From Paecilomyces variotii (Eukaryota), in assembly GCA_004022145.1 (NCBI GenBank), contig RCNU01000004.1: 64,000 nt of DNA. One strand, given 5' to 3'. Positions within the stretch are counted from its first letter, which is position 1; the number at the start of each line of letters is the position of its first letter. Below, in pieces: positions 13,573-26,988 of the stretch. Made by a program: the position numbers and the translations under genes. The notes beneath the pieces were generated by a model. It was not told where the DNA came from. It was given only the letters and a program-made list of their open reading frames with translations, and made no database searches.

Positions 13573-15062
13573 ATGGGGTCCATCGCAATGGATATATCCA
13601 ACAAGGACCTTAGAATATGCATCATCGGCGCAGGTATGTCCGCAACTCCACCTTTCCTCTTCGTAGTATATCAATCATGGAACCAAATGAAACTAACTGG
13701 TGGTAAGGCATGGGGGGCCTCACGTCTGCGTTGGCCCTTGCAAAGGAGGGCTTTAAGAATATCAATGTCTATGAAACAGCATCCAACCTGGGTTTCGTTG
13801 GCGCAGGAATCCAGCTGGCGCCTAATATGGCTCGCATCTTGGACCACCTTGGCGTCTGGGAACCTATCGCAAAAGAAGCCACTAGTATTCGCGAAACAAG
13901 TATCCGACGTATGTGATCCTCTATATATGATGAGCGAATGCCTGCTAATCTATTTGCAGAGGGCGCCAATGACCAAGAATTAGCACACGTCGAACTTGAC
14001 TATATCGAAAAGACTTATGGTTACCCGCATATGGTTGGTCACAGAGCGTCCTTAGCCGGTTCGCTATATGAGGGATGCAAGCGTGAGGAGAGTATCAAGT
14101 TCCATTTCTCGACGGGCGTGGAAGAGATAGAGTCCTTCTCCCCGAAGCCGAGATTTATAGCAAAGCCTCGAGATGGGGAGCCATATACCGTCGAAGCGGA
14201 TGTTCTCCTGGCTTGCGACGGAATTAAGAGCAAGATACGCGTCGCGATGCTCAAACTACTCAATGTGGATGCGGAAGTCCAGGACACGAACCAGGCCGCA
14301 TATCGAATCATGATCCACCGCGATGAGGTGAAAGATGACCCAGAGCTTCTTGAATTGATGGATAGTGACCGGGTTGTGCGCTGGATCGGCCCGAAGAGAC
14401 ACATTATTGCCTATCCTGTGTCGAACAAGACGATTTACAACCTCTCGACGACTCAGCCGGATGACAGGTTCGCGGCTGCACCTTCTGCTACATACACAAC
14501 AAGAGCCTCGAAATCAGCGATGCTGGATGTTTTTGGCGATTTTTGCCCGATGGTGAAGCGCATGCTTGACAAGGTTCCCGAAGGGGAGGTTTGCGAGTGG
14601 AAGCTGCGTGTTCACTCGCCTCTACCTACCTGGGTCCACGGCACCACTGCACTCGTGGGCGATGCCTGTCATCCGACATTGCCCCATCTGGCGCAGGGAG
14701 CAGCTCAGGCAATTGAAGACGCAGCAGTGATTGCGGTTGCACTATCCAAGTTGCCCGATACGTCTCCAGAATCCATAAACAAGGCTCTTCGAGTCTACGA
14801 GCAGGTCAGAAAAGGACGGGCCGAGGCATTAGTAGAGATGGCAGCTGCTTCCGGAAGGGCCCTTCATCTGGGCGACGGAGCTGCCAAGGAGGAGCGTGAC
14901 AAACAATTCGCAGCATTGAAGGGTGGAAAGGGTCCTGTCCCTGACAAGTGGGCGGACGCTGATGTCCAGAGACTGATCTACGGATTCGACTGCGCGCAGG
15001 TCACGCGCGATTCCTTTGACGAGATTTTCAACAACTTGTCACCCGTACAGGGTGGTTTGTGA
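13573..15062 (+). CDS. FAD-dependent monooxygenase (salicylate hydroxylase-like, class A); introns 13634-13707 and 13909-13959
   Basis: Spliced GAG|MGG Rossmann motif, GAGIQL, ACDGIKS and GDACHPTLPHLAQGAAQAIEDA; both introns restore the frame. Confidence 0.92.
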
Positions 15063-17289
15063 ATGCTCCAAGAGTGATGGAGTAGTTTGTCGGAGCATTC
15101 CTGCGTATTATCACTCGCAATAGAAAAGTGGGAAGCTCTTATTTCCGATCCCATATCTACGAACAGATGCGTTTCGAGAAACAGGAAGAAGGCATATAGC
15201 ATCATAGTCATAATGGAACCTGTATCAAGTAGTGTTTCAGCGGATTTGTTATTCAATTCGTCGTTCAGCCAAGAAATAAACTATCTTCTTATGTCTCATA
15301 CCTCCTATCCGGCCTTGTTTGTCAACGTTAACTAGAATATAGCATTCACTAGAGATGATTAGCAATTGTGAAACTAGGCAAAAGTGAACGACATGAGTCA
15401 CCATTGAATGGAACTGCTACCTGCTCATTTACAACTCTACCCCTCCCGAACTGTGTGAATTCTCAGAACTATCCCACCCATTATAAGCTCCAGAATATCT
15501 GCAAGTCAACCCTCTCAACATCTCTATATATCCCTTTCTATTCCAAGAATGCCAATATGGTATCGAGACATGATCTTATTAGCAGTGCGAGGGAACGCAT
15601 TAATACATATACATCTACTCCATCTAGTGATGATGAAAAGCTCATTCCTTGCATGACCGCACTCATCGATTGATGGAGTCGGGGATTCGCTTGCCGTTAT
15701 AAGGATCTGCACTTCTCTGGAGTTGGCAAGTTGCAATGATCCCAGAGGAGCTAAATCATCCCTCTAATGGTATCATCTCTCGTAGAGAGATGATGATATA
15801 CGCCAGTACTTATGTTGGGAAGGGCCCCAGATAACTGGCCAACTGCTACACCTTTTGCTCGGATTCCTCTCCGAGTCGCATTCCTATATACAAATCCATA
15901 ATTTAGATCTTCCCTATATTACCTCATGGGAAATCACCAGAGGCAAAAGCTTCACCTGCGGCTCCTCTCCCGTTGTAGAGTCCGCCGCCCCAGCCTCCTG
16001 GGCCTTTCCCTCCCGCGGAAGAATCGCCTTCTTTCGGTTTCTTTTTGTAAGTTACTTCTTCTTTCGTGCAGTGCGTGACTGACGGCTGAAGCGGCCATCG
16101 TGTTTAGTCCTGCGTTACGCCTTGAAGCTGTGCCTTCGGGCATGTGTAATTTTGTTCCTGCAATTTCGCGTTTGCACCGACGGTAACTACGCCAACAATG
16201 TTAACCACACTCTGGTGCAGATGGCCATTCAAATATTATGTTGGATGATTCGAGAAAACTTCTGCAAAGACCACCCGTAAGCTGCATCGAATCTTGTCCA
16301 TGAAATCGAACTCGGATTCTGATAATCCAGAGAGTTACTCGAGTATCTGCTTCCGACACGAGGCACTCTTCCGCCCCCTCGTGCTTATCCTGGCTCTGCC
16401 GATGCCTCTGTTCATCAGTTATACATGCGAGATTCCTGCAGGACACTGGTTCGTCAAAGGCGTGACGGAGAAGAGGAAGGAGTGCTCTTCGGGTTCTTTC
16501 ATTCTTTTGCCGTCAATTCAATTCTCCTTAGGTATATCGTGATTTCGGGTAACCGGCAACATGCATATATGACAGTTGCGATTCTCGGCGGAGGGTATCG
16601 AGAGTACATATATATTGGAAGGAGTGGTCGATAACCAACAAGACTGCTTTTTGACGCTCAGATGCTATGGGCCATTGAATATGTATGAGAGGAAGCAAGT
16701 CAATTCTTTCGGACGAATAGCCCGATACCAACATCTTTTATACGACTGGAATTTTCAAGGGTACCCGGCATGTATACGAAATGAAGCTTTCTACATATCT
16801 TTTGGCCTACCCTATCCCCAGTGCTAAAAAGGTCGATATCTGGGAAGACTTCAAATTCGAGCAGATGATATTCGAAAGGCCCTGGATCTGGTGCAACGTG
16901 TCATAGAAGGCGAAGCAGCAGCCAAACAAGTTACGAAAATTGACATACTGAATTGACGCGCCTGGCTGAATGACGATGGTTAAGTGTCCCCTCCCTTCTG
17001 CGCCGTTGTGGCCTCTGGCCAACCAGTGTGCAGCCTCCACTGTGCCCTCGCCTGTTCTGCAACCAAAAAGAACGAACACCATACTTCTCAAAGACCACTT
17101 CTATGACACCCATAGGATCATTTTCGTTGAACCTGGGAAAGTTAGGCTTTATCCTCCACAGCCTACCTGGTCGAATGAGCTCCTTAATGCATTGCACCCA
17201 AAAGTCTCGGAAGGGGATGTCAATGGAGTGTGGAATTCCATACTCAACTGTGGTTTTAACCCGGTTAACTGGTATGGTCACAGCAAAGA

Positions 17290-17462
17290 AGTTCTTCGGC
17301 GACCATGACCAGAATCTGTTAATCGATGAAGCGCAATTGACTTATGATTCCTGGCTGTGGTATACAGTGATTAAGGCACGGATAGGGAGATCGTCCGGTC
17401 CTCGGTTGTATTTGTTCGGTTCATATGGTAGCCCCAGCACGGGTGCCGCCCACAGCGCATAG
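17290..17462 (+). pseudogene. Fragment of a P-loop NTPase gene (Walker B region), paralogous to the pseudogene at 47.5-48.8 kb
   Basis: Reads LLIDEAQLTYDSWLWYTVIKARIGRSSGPRLYLFGSYGSP, which aligns with FLIDEAQISYGDYGLWLNSIKSQSGRQ/RICLFPSYGSP at about 48.7-48.8 kb; no intact ORF around it. Confidence 0.6.
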
Positions 17463-18008
17463 CCCCTCAGCAGCTCTTTTTAAACGTAAGTATCTATCCT
17501 TCATATTGTGGATTACTCAAGCTAATAAAAATAGTGGCTCCTCGAACACTGCTGCCCCTGCTATTCCATGGTCGGCCATCGAAAGTAGCATGTATACCGA
17601 TGGAGATATACTTGCCGTAGTAGATTCGTACTCTGCCACTGCCACAGCAATGACTGGGCTGAACACGGAGTATCTTGTCGCATCAGCATTTGAGTCTCCT
17701 GCTTCCGCGCTCATCCTGAGCAGCTTCACTCGCAGACTTATAGATCTCTTCAAGGGCCAGATCAGTCATGAATATAAAGCCAGCTAATATTGAATCTTAT
17801 CTGGATGCAAGAAAGCATATAGAGTGGCTTCTCTATTCTATCTCTCGCGGAGGTTACGATTATAACAGCAGAAACGTCCTAATGATATAGGCCTACGAGC
17901 AGGGATAGACGCCGGTTCTCGCAAGATGCTGGGGACGGCTTTAATTCCCGTTCGATACCCTTTGTTCATTCTGATCTTAACCCTCAATTAGGTCTTCTCT
18001 TTTTTTCG

Positions 18009-18061
<53 letters not shown>
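18009..18061 (+). repeat. Poly(A) tract, 53 nt
   Basis: Uninterrupted A run, preceded by a short T run. Confidence 0.95.
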
Positions 18062-18062
<1 letters not shown>

Positions 18063-19289
18063 CCGTAAGTAGTACATCTGCCTTTGTTACTACTCCTTGT
18101 TTCTATTGAGATGACTATATCCCATCCCATATCCACGCCAAGCCTCTACCTCTCTCGCCTTGAAATCGTGCTCCTGTCTTCTTGTTCTGAGGTATCCGAA
18201 TGTAGTGCCTCTGCATTCCTTGGTTTAAGCTTAGCAGGCATAGATCAGGATAGGAGACCCCAACCGCAAGGCGTAAATCGATTAAACCCTCTGGAGCGAA
18301 GCTCGCTGAGCTTATATTCTCTAGCAACTGGCTCAGCCTATTTATCTCTGTGGGTGGAGCTAGAAAGGCGTGGGAGAAACCCGTCAAGAGGGAGGCCTGC
18401 ATGAAGGCAGGCTCCGACAAACCCCCTTGCCCAGGACACTTATTGTCGAAATGTTGAACATTAAAAATCTCTTCTTTTCTGGTGGGATCTTTCTAATTAA
18501 GATTATATCTCCTTACCTCGAGAAATTTACCGTTGAAGAGTTACATATTGAAAACTTCCTTCTTTGCCTAGAAGAAAGTCCGCCTTCAGGGAAATGTCTC
18601 CGCTGTATATCCGCAAAAAGCGAAAAACAGGAGAAATACCAGCATTCTTCATCAATATAATACGCCGCATCGTTCGATGCGACCAATATCAACAACGTTC
18701 GTTTTTCATGTTTCCTCCCGCTTTGACACAATTCTCTCTCATTTGCAGGAAAGACGCAGTAAGGATCACAAACCATGTCAGAAAGAGTTTATGTTGATAT
18801 GGGAAAAGAGAATGCTGGCCCTCAGCCAATACCGGGGCGAAGATGGCCCTTCAGATATAGACGGTGCATATGTGGTAGTTGAATTGTCTTGTGGAAAGCT
18901 CGGTATTCATGTGCTTTAACTATTTGAACTGGCCTGTTTTGGACATCATCTCGCTCCTCGCCACCAACGCAACCCAGTGAGGTTTTCAGTCCTTGGAGTC
19001 TCTTAATTACCATTGTTGATTCTCGTTGAGGCCTTTTTCGTTTCTCTTCGTGGTCTTGGTTTCTTCAGATCCTGACATGAATATTTGAATGGCCCCACAT
19101 ACTACAAGAGTGAGGCAGTAAGAGATTTGCTGCACCCCGCATGGCCCCATGCTTTAGTTGTAGCGGAGCGTATATAAACAACTATTTTCTAATAATGTTA
19201 CTTGAATTCCTGCTTTGTTCTAGTAGTAAGCTCTGGAGTTGAGCTTATGTGCATCTGCGTAACTTCTGACTGCTCCGAGCCTCGCATAA

Positions 19290-21116
19290 ATGCAATCCGT
19301 CATGAGAGCGTTCAATTGGTCCAGTTTCGCACTGGGTATTGGCACCATCAATGCATTTACCTGCGACCCGACTTCACTTCAGGAGTACCTTGGATCTGGG
19401 ATCAGTGTGACTTCAGCAAAATACTTGGCGAATAATGCTACTTTTGAAGTTCCCTCGAGCGATATCGGCTTCCCGACATCCCCTACCAATCTCCCGGCCC
19501 TCTGTGCCCTCGAAGTGAAAGTGCCCTCAACCAGCAATTCGTCTTATAGCTTTGGGCTTTTCCTTCCAGATGACTGGAATGGCCGTTTCTTGTAAGTATG
19601 GATTGCCACTAAGACTCTGATCTCTGTTCGGCTGACATACTATAGGGCCGTTGGGAATAGCGGCTTCGCCGGAGGCATCAACTGGTTAGACATGGTGAGA
19701 GATTGACCCGACATCTATTCATGCCTCTATGTCTCTTATCTCATAATATTTCAGGGAGCCGGTGTGAAATATGGGTTCGCAACCATCTCCACCGATACTG
19801 GCCATAGCAGCACATTACTCGACGCAAGCTGGGCCGAGAACGATCCCGAAGCGTTCGTTGACTGGTCCTATCGTGCGTTACATGGATCAGTCCTCGTAGC
19901 CAAAGATTTAACCCAGAAGTATTATGGGAAGGGTCCTGCGTTCAGTTACTACACAGGTTGTTCCACCGGTGGCAGGCAGGGCTTGAAGGAAGCCGAAATA
20001 TTTCCCGATGACTTTGACGGTATCGTAGCAGGAGCCCCTGCTTGGTGGACTGTGCATCTGCAGCTCTGGAACATGAAAGTTGGGATGTATAACTTACCAA
20101 CAGATGCTCCCCATCATATTCCTCAGGAGCTATTTCCAATTATCGGCGCGGAGGTATTGAGACAATGCGATGGCTCAGATGGTGTGATCGACAATATTAT
20201 CTCCGACCCAAGGTGCTGCAATTTCGACCCTGAGACCCTACTCTGTCCAGGAACCACTGCTGGTGGATGTTTAACTAGCCCTCAACTTGATACACTCTAC
20301 CATCTGTATGGGGACTGGGTTGAAGCGAACCAGACGTTTGTATTCCCACACCTGGAACTTGGAAGTGAAGGGAACTGGGGCATGCTTCTTGGTTCAGACG
20401 AGCCAACCACTCTCGGCACCGACTATGTCAAGTATGTGCTCGGACTCGGCTCGAATTGGACATGGCAAGATTTCAACCCCAGTGTCCTTGCCCTATCTGA
20501 AAAGCTAAACCCGGGCAATGCCACTGCTGGATTCGATCTTTCAGCATTCTCAAAGAAGGGTGGCAAGATCCTTCATTATCACGGTCTTTCGGATGGCGCT
20601 ATCGCTGCTGGTAGTAGCTTGTACTACTATAACCATGTCCTTAGAACGCTGAAGCCGAGAGGTATCGATCTGGACGGCTTCTATCGCTACTTCATGGTCC
20701 CGGGTCTAGAGTATGTTATGTCCTTTCGTTCTATGTTCCCCATTCACAAGCAATTAGTAACATCATTTAGACACTGCACAGGCACTTCATCTACCATGAA
20801 TGCGCCCTGGTACTTCGCAGGCGCAAATCAGGCAGGGGCACTAGGAACCGGCGTCAGCAGCGTACCTGGATTTGCTGACGCAGAACATGACGTCCTCCTC
20901 GCCATGATGGCGTGGGTTGAAAGGGGCCAGGCACCAGAGTATATCATCGGAACCAAATGGAACAATGATACGCTCCAGGATGAGGTGGCTAGACAGAGAC
21001 CATTGTGCATGTATCCGAAACAGGCGATGTATATTGGGACGGGCGATGTAGATGATCCGCAGAATTGGGCATGCGAGATGCTCTACGGGGGAAATGGATT
21101 GCGAAAGAATAATTGA
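19290..21116 (+). CDS. Tannase / feruloyl esterase B family; introns 19592-19645, 19695-19754 and 20711-20770
   Basis: Signal-like N-terminus, LPDDWNGRFL|AVGNSGFAGG, STDTGH, nucleophile GCSTGGRQG, YHGLSDG, PGLE|HC and RPLCMYP. Confidence 0.93.
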
Positions 21117-21310
21117 GTTCCTCAACTTGATTGATGTGTCAAATAGCCAGATATCCGATTGCATTAAAAACTCAATTTGGCGAAGACTCTCCGAACGGCC
21201 GGCTTCATTTCTTGAAGCTCAGTCTACGTGCCCAGTTCTTGACTCGGTCATGTCTGTCAACTCGTCAGCTGAAAGAGTAGCTATTTCAATAAAGCATGGT
21301 CAGTCACGGA

Positions 21311-23391
21311 TTACTTAGCTAGCACATTCTCATAATAGTGTGCCTTCGCAGAGTCCATAATGGTTTTCACATCCGCTGCGGGGACCTTCTCCCTGCGGTC
21401 ATTCGAATACAAGCCATTGACCTCCTGTTCTATATCGGCCCTAGTTAAGTATTAGTACCGACACAGATTGATTCACGTACGATTTGAAATCCAACGAAAC
21501 TTACAGCTGGGTGTATACAACACCACACGAATGGCCGCCTCTGACAACTGCCATGATTAGCTTTTCAAGGCGGCTGAGTAGGTCCTTAGGATCAGCTGCA
21601 GTAGTATATCCCCAGTCCCTGTCACCTTTCGAGGCATCCTTCGCTGGAGCAATGTTGACACCACCACATTCCGTACAGATCACAGGTGCGCCCGGCCTGT
21701 GCTGTGCACCAGCGTCCAGAAGGATGGATCCGGAATGGATTGGTGGAACAAACATATCATGACCACCCTTCTTGCTGAGAATACCTTGCATCATGGAACA
21801 TGATTCAGCAAGCTGCGGAGAATCGGAGTAGTCATGGTAAGTGGTCAAATCCGTCATGACATGCTCCCAGCCACAGTTATCATTGATTGGCCGGCTTGGA
21901 TCAAGAGTTCTGTTTGTTACGATTAGCCAAACCACTGTCACTTCCATTTACCTATTAGGCGAAAAATCAGACATACTTGGTCATGTAGTACAGAGAACGG
22001 ATGTGATTGCGTTGCTCGATGTTGTCTTTGAGCGAGGTATAGGCCCAACTCTCGTTGACAGGGGTCCAAGTGACGATAGATGGATGATTGATGTCTCTTT
22101 TCACAACTTCCATCCATTCGCTGTTGAATCGTTGTACATAGTCGTCACTAAATTCGTAGGCGTTGGCGATCTCGCCCCAAACCAGGTAACCCAGTCGATC
22201 TGCCCAGTACAGGAAGATAGGGTCTTCAACCTTTTGATGCTTGCGGCATCCGTTGAATCCCATGTTCATCGACATGATGATATCATCCTTCAGTGCCTCT
22301 GGAGAAGGAGGCGTCATGCCAGTCTCGAGCCAGTAGCCTTGGTCCAACACCAAAACTTGGAAGAAAGGCTTGTTGTTCACTCGGAATGTCCCATCGCCTG
22401 TGTTCCAGGATAGACTGCGCATTCCAGTTGTGGTCTGAACTTCATCTACGATCTTCCCAGCAGCATCGTAAAGGCGCAGGGTTAGATCATAGAGAATAGG
22501 GTATCCTGGCTGCCACAGAGCAACCCGATCGTGCCAGGAGCCAGCAATATTAAACGGTGGTTTGCTCCGTAATTCATCTGGATTCGGTACTTTCATGTCA
22601 ACGTTAAGGCTCACAAATTCCTTGTCTTTAGGGAGCTCAGCTCTCGCCTTGCTGACGGGTAGCCCTCCCAAACGAGCTTCAATCTCAACACTGCATTTTG
22701 AAGCGGCTCGTCGACCAATTACAGAAACACGCGAATGCAGCTCACCACGCTCGATATCATCTGAGCGGAGAATCGTCCCTTCGCTGCTGCTCCCCAATCG
22801 CATTGCTGGTACACTCTCGAGCCAGACGGACTGCCAGATTCCGCTAGTTGGTGTATAAAAGATGCTCTCCGGCACGGGGCCCCAGAACTGCTTTCCGCGA
22901 GGCTGAGTTAGGTCATATGGAGAGTCACGAACACGTATCGTTAGACGAGCCCTCTTCTTGCTGTCCGTGTCTTGAAAGGCGTCTGAAATGTCCAAATCGA
23001 AAGGCACATGGCCACCACGGTGGCCCCCGACGAACTGGCCGTCGACCCAGACAGAGCATTCATAATCCACGGCACCAAACCGGATAATCAAACGATTCCC
23101 TTTGGCTAATTCATCGGTCGTGCGAATGTCACTGATTATGCGCTCATACCACAGAACTTCGTGGGCTTCATGGACGCCAATACCGGATGCAGGCGCCTGA
23201 AATGCGTAGGGAACGTTGATTTTGCGTTTTTTCTGTGCACCTGCTTGAGTCGGAACCCCCTTATGTTGCCATAGCTCTGACAATCCTGAGTCTGCATCAT
23301 CAAAGATCAAGTCCCAGGGTTCGTTGAGCGACGTCCAATTTAGAGTCTTGCGGAAGAAGTCGGGACGCGGATATGTTGCGGAAGATGCCAT
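21311..23391 (-). CDS. Glycoside hydrolase family 2 (beta-galactosidase/glucuronidase-like); two 3' introns (about 21911-21976 and 21441-21504)
   Basis: FGAVDY, VLDQGYW, GFNGCRKHQK, NHPSIVTWTPVNESW, DPSRPINDNCGW and YTQL|ADIEQEVNGL; no signal peptide seen. Confidence 0.92.
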
Positions 23392-24537
23392 CTTCAGAAG
23401 TAGATATGTAGGGCCTTTGACGACACAAATAATGGATAGAAAAGAGATGTTCCTGGTAGTTCTTCACTGGCGATAGATCATCCAGCCGTCTTGAAATCTA
23501 CTGGATGGTCATTGTTCTTTTGTTTGAAGTTCGAGATCAGGTCAACAATTATATGATATCATACCCGTGGTCGCTTAAGTATGACCCCGCGAGGAGATCA
23601 ACATACACCTCAGCAACCCCGCAGCACCGCATAACCTGGAGCTCATGGCTTCATCTCTCACTGAAGGATATGTATAAAAATGAGTCTCTATCATGTCGTG
23701 ATATGTAGCTCTACATCATCCAGCCAAATTTGAATCCTGGTCCCAAACGTAATTCAGTACATATAGAAGTCTCCCATGTATGATACAATGCTGGATATCA
23801 ACTCCTACTCGCTCTACGCTCCAGTGCAGCATAACAAACATGCAGGACTATACACAGCGCCAGGCGCGAGGCACATGTGCGTATCAAGTATGCCTGGTCC
23901 TACGTGAAATGTCAAGCAATCTGTAGATTCGGGGGGTGCCTCACCAACTTTGAAAAGGTCCTGGTCGTGGAAGTCAAAAGGTAACTAATTATTGTACAGT
24001 TGACTATGTAAGACATCGAGAGTCTCTTGAAAGATATACGGCAGAGACTTTGGAGAAATGCAAACCCATATAGCTCATCCTTCGGCCGTAGAGTCTTTTT
24101 AGTAACTGTGATGTCTTTCTAGTTTTGTCTGATCGAGAATAATAATATAGAAGATGAAAAATATACTTGCGGCTTCTCCCTTTTTTCCTTACCTAAAACC
24201 GATATTAGAATAATAACTGATGATATTTATATCGTCTGAATGTGCAGTACAGACGAGTCAATATATGGGACCGGTCAATGGAAGCAAAAGTTTTGATGCA
24301 AGCAGATACACGGAGCCTGAGCACCGGCAATCCGGGGCCGATGGTTTAAAATAGTATCAATTATTCTGGATAGGCTCTAGTGGTCTTTTTCTGTGATATA
24401 TATTTACCGCCAAGCCCGCTAAGTAGAAGAAAAAAAAAAATAACATAGACAGAAAAGCGAAAAAGAAGACAAAAAACAAATTCTACTACCAATCTTATAT
24501 AAGTTGAATTGTTGATTTACCTTGTCATTTGCTTCAG

Positions 24538-25263
24538 ATGGCCCATTATCTCTCCCAAGCCAGCGCCAGGCTGTATATGGTGCTCTCTGCTTTTCTTCTT
24601 ACTTCGTGGACTATCACCGCATTAGGCCTCAGCGCCCTCAATGTGCTCAACGATAACAAAACCTTTATCCAATCTCTTGCCGCAATCAGTCTTTTCACTT
24701 TCCTCGCCTGCCGTCTGCTTGTCCTTTTCAAGCCTAGAAATCCTGATGGTTCTTCAAATGGTACCATTGCGCACTTTATCGCCTCAGCAGACTATGGCTC
24801 TCGTAAAGGAGCCCTCGTGCTTTTCGGATTGTGCTGTACGTGGCTCTATGAGCTATTAGCAATGGGAATGCTATTGTTATTCACGACTTTGTTTGGCGGT
24901 ATTATGGCTACAGCGCTCTACCAAGAATCCCAAACTCAGGACGGTTCGGCTGCAATAGACAATGACACACGCGTCGATGCATCGACTACATCATTAGCAG
25001 AGGTCAATGAGTTCAATGCCAAGGCAGGGGTGGATCTGACGGTGTTTTTCAAATGGATCCCTCCCAAGGCATTGGTTTACTTTGTGGCTGCTCTCTGGGT
25101 GAACTTCCTGAGTCTGGGCTTTTATATCTTGGGCCATGCTGCAAAATCCCTGGTTAAGGTATTAAGTTCGCCAGCAGCTGCGCCTGGGGCCTCATTCAAT
25201 GTTTCAGCTACCGCGAAGCAGGTAACATCTGGTGAAGGGAAAGAGCTTGATTCCGCGCAGTAG
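24538..25263 (+). CDS. Hypothetical membrane protein (about 4 TM segments)
   Basis: Intact ORF of about 241 aa with four hydrophobic stretches; no family recognised. Confidence 0.65.
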   Translation: MAHYLSQASARLYMVLSAFLLTSWTITALGLSALNVLNDNKTFIQSLAAISLFTFLACRLLVLFKPRNPDGSSNGTIAHFIASADYGSRKGALVLFGLCCTWLYELLAMGMLLLFTTLFGGIMATALYQESQTQDGSAAIDNDTRVDASTTSLAEVNEFNAKAGVDLTVFFKWIPPKALVYFVAALWVNFLSLGFYILGHAAKSLVKVLSSPAAAPGASFNVSATAKQVTSGEGKELDSAQ

Positions 25264-26988
25264 GCTCTCAGAAGCAGATGTGGATAAGATAAAATTGTAA
25301 CCAAATCTGTAAGTAGCATGAGTGTCAAGTAGATAGAGACAAAGGCTAGCTAAGATTATTCACAAACTGAAAAGTTGCCATATCTTGTGTTTTCCTTAAT
25401 TCCCCTCGTATCGCAATAGGCGTATCACTTTTCGAACCTGGAAATAGTTCATGCAGTTCACCAGCACACTTACTCTACAGATGAAAGTACTCGATGCAAT
25501 CTGGACAAGTTGCAGTATTTAGTTGAGGCTTTCACCGATAACTATAGTCTCGGTTAATGAACACGAACCCTTGGCTCGAAACCTTCGGGACTGCAGCCAG
25601 ATATCAAGACACTCGTGTTTAGCAGGGGTAAAGCCTAGGCTCTGCTCGTGTCCCGGGCGCACAGCGAGAAAGATAAGAATCGACTGGGGAGAAACGGGGC
25701 ATACGATACTATCATAAAGCCAAACAACCATGAAATACCCTCCTTCAGCCCTGCTTCGAGGTTGCCCGAAACCGCCCATCTCGTATTTCTTCGGCGAGAT
25801 CTATCTGTTTCCGAGTCCATACATACTTGCTCATGATCATCTTCTGACTTGACGCCCAGCAGCCCCTTGAACCTGCATGTCTTTATCCTTATGTCACGCA
25901 TGCCTCCTCAGCTTTGACTCGAAAATCGAAATGCCGAGAAGACATTAACCTTTGTGGTTAATTCTCCGTCTAAAAGGGGGCCGAAAATACGCCAACCGGC
26001 GGTGGCGGAGCGACACCAAGAGCGCGCGCTCGGTTAGATTAGAATGCGCGATTATACCTACTCGAACTATATTATACTTAGCGTGTGTGCTTTACGAACC
26101 AAAATTCAGTTTGTCAGTTCGGGCGTCTTGTGCCGTTCGCTTCTAGATGTAGAGGGAGGAGTTGGTAGGTTGTCTGTCCTGGGCTCTGCAGGGGCGGGCT
26201 TCTTAGCGTTAAATGAATACGGGAGGATGACGTTATTAGTCTGGGGATATGTTCGGGGGATGGTGGATCTGCCGCCTTCTAGAAGGGAAATGGAATGGGA
26301 ATTGTCAGTCTAGTGGGACTAGAGGGATAGTGAAAGTTGGTCCATTGAGTTCGACTCTGAGTAAGGGCTGACCATCAGGTCAGATAGATGCGCTGATTGG
26401 ATTGAATGTTTAAGATGCCTATGTTGTGAGAGAATGAAAACGACAATAGAAGAATCAGAAGTTCCCTAAAGCAAGTATTATACACTCATAATTCCCAAGT
26501 ATAGGCGTATACGATCCCTCCGCAAAACTCCACAATATAAGCATAGTCCAAACATAATATTATGGTCCACGCAGCATTCCTGAGAAATAGCGGCATGATC
26601 TCCCATGACTGTCAGATCAGAAAATAAGACGAACTCCCCAGAACCCGTATATAGTAGACAGAATAAGTAACCCGAAATCATGAGGTATTCCCTCGTCGCG
26701 TCCCGTTGTCCAGCTGCGGGACGTACACCTCCTTGTTATACATGTCATCGTAGAAGAAACATACATAAAATAAAATGACCAAGACAAAGAGTATCGCACG
26801 CCAGGATTGTCTGCACCAGGCTCTCTAGAGAAGTCTGATGACGGAGCCCCAGCAGGAAAGGGAAAGAAACGAACATATGCAACGATGCACAGCGTGTTAC
26901 AGGACCGAAAAAAAGATACAGAAGGAATTGCGTAACATCATAGAACATAGCACATCATATCGTCCAGTCGCATCGTATTGTAGCCGCA

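Noticed and set aside
8046-25263. Secondary-metabolite gene cluster
   Set aside because: Oxidoreductases and hydrolases are present, but there is no PKS, NRPS, terpene synthase, prenyltransferase or repeat-type RiPP precursor in the window.
25400-26400. Stop-interrupted minus-strand frames suggesting a pseudogene
   Set aside because: No recognisable domain could be reconstructed.
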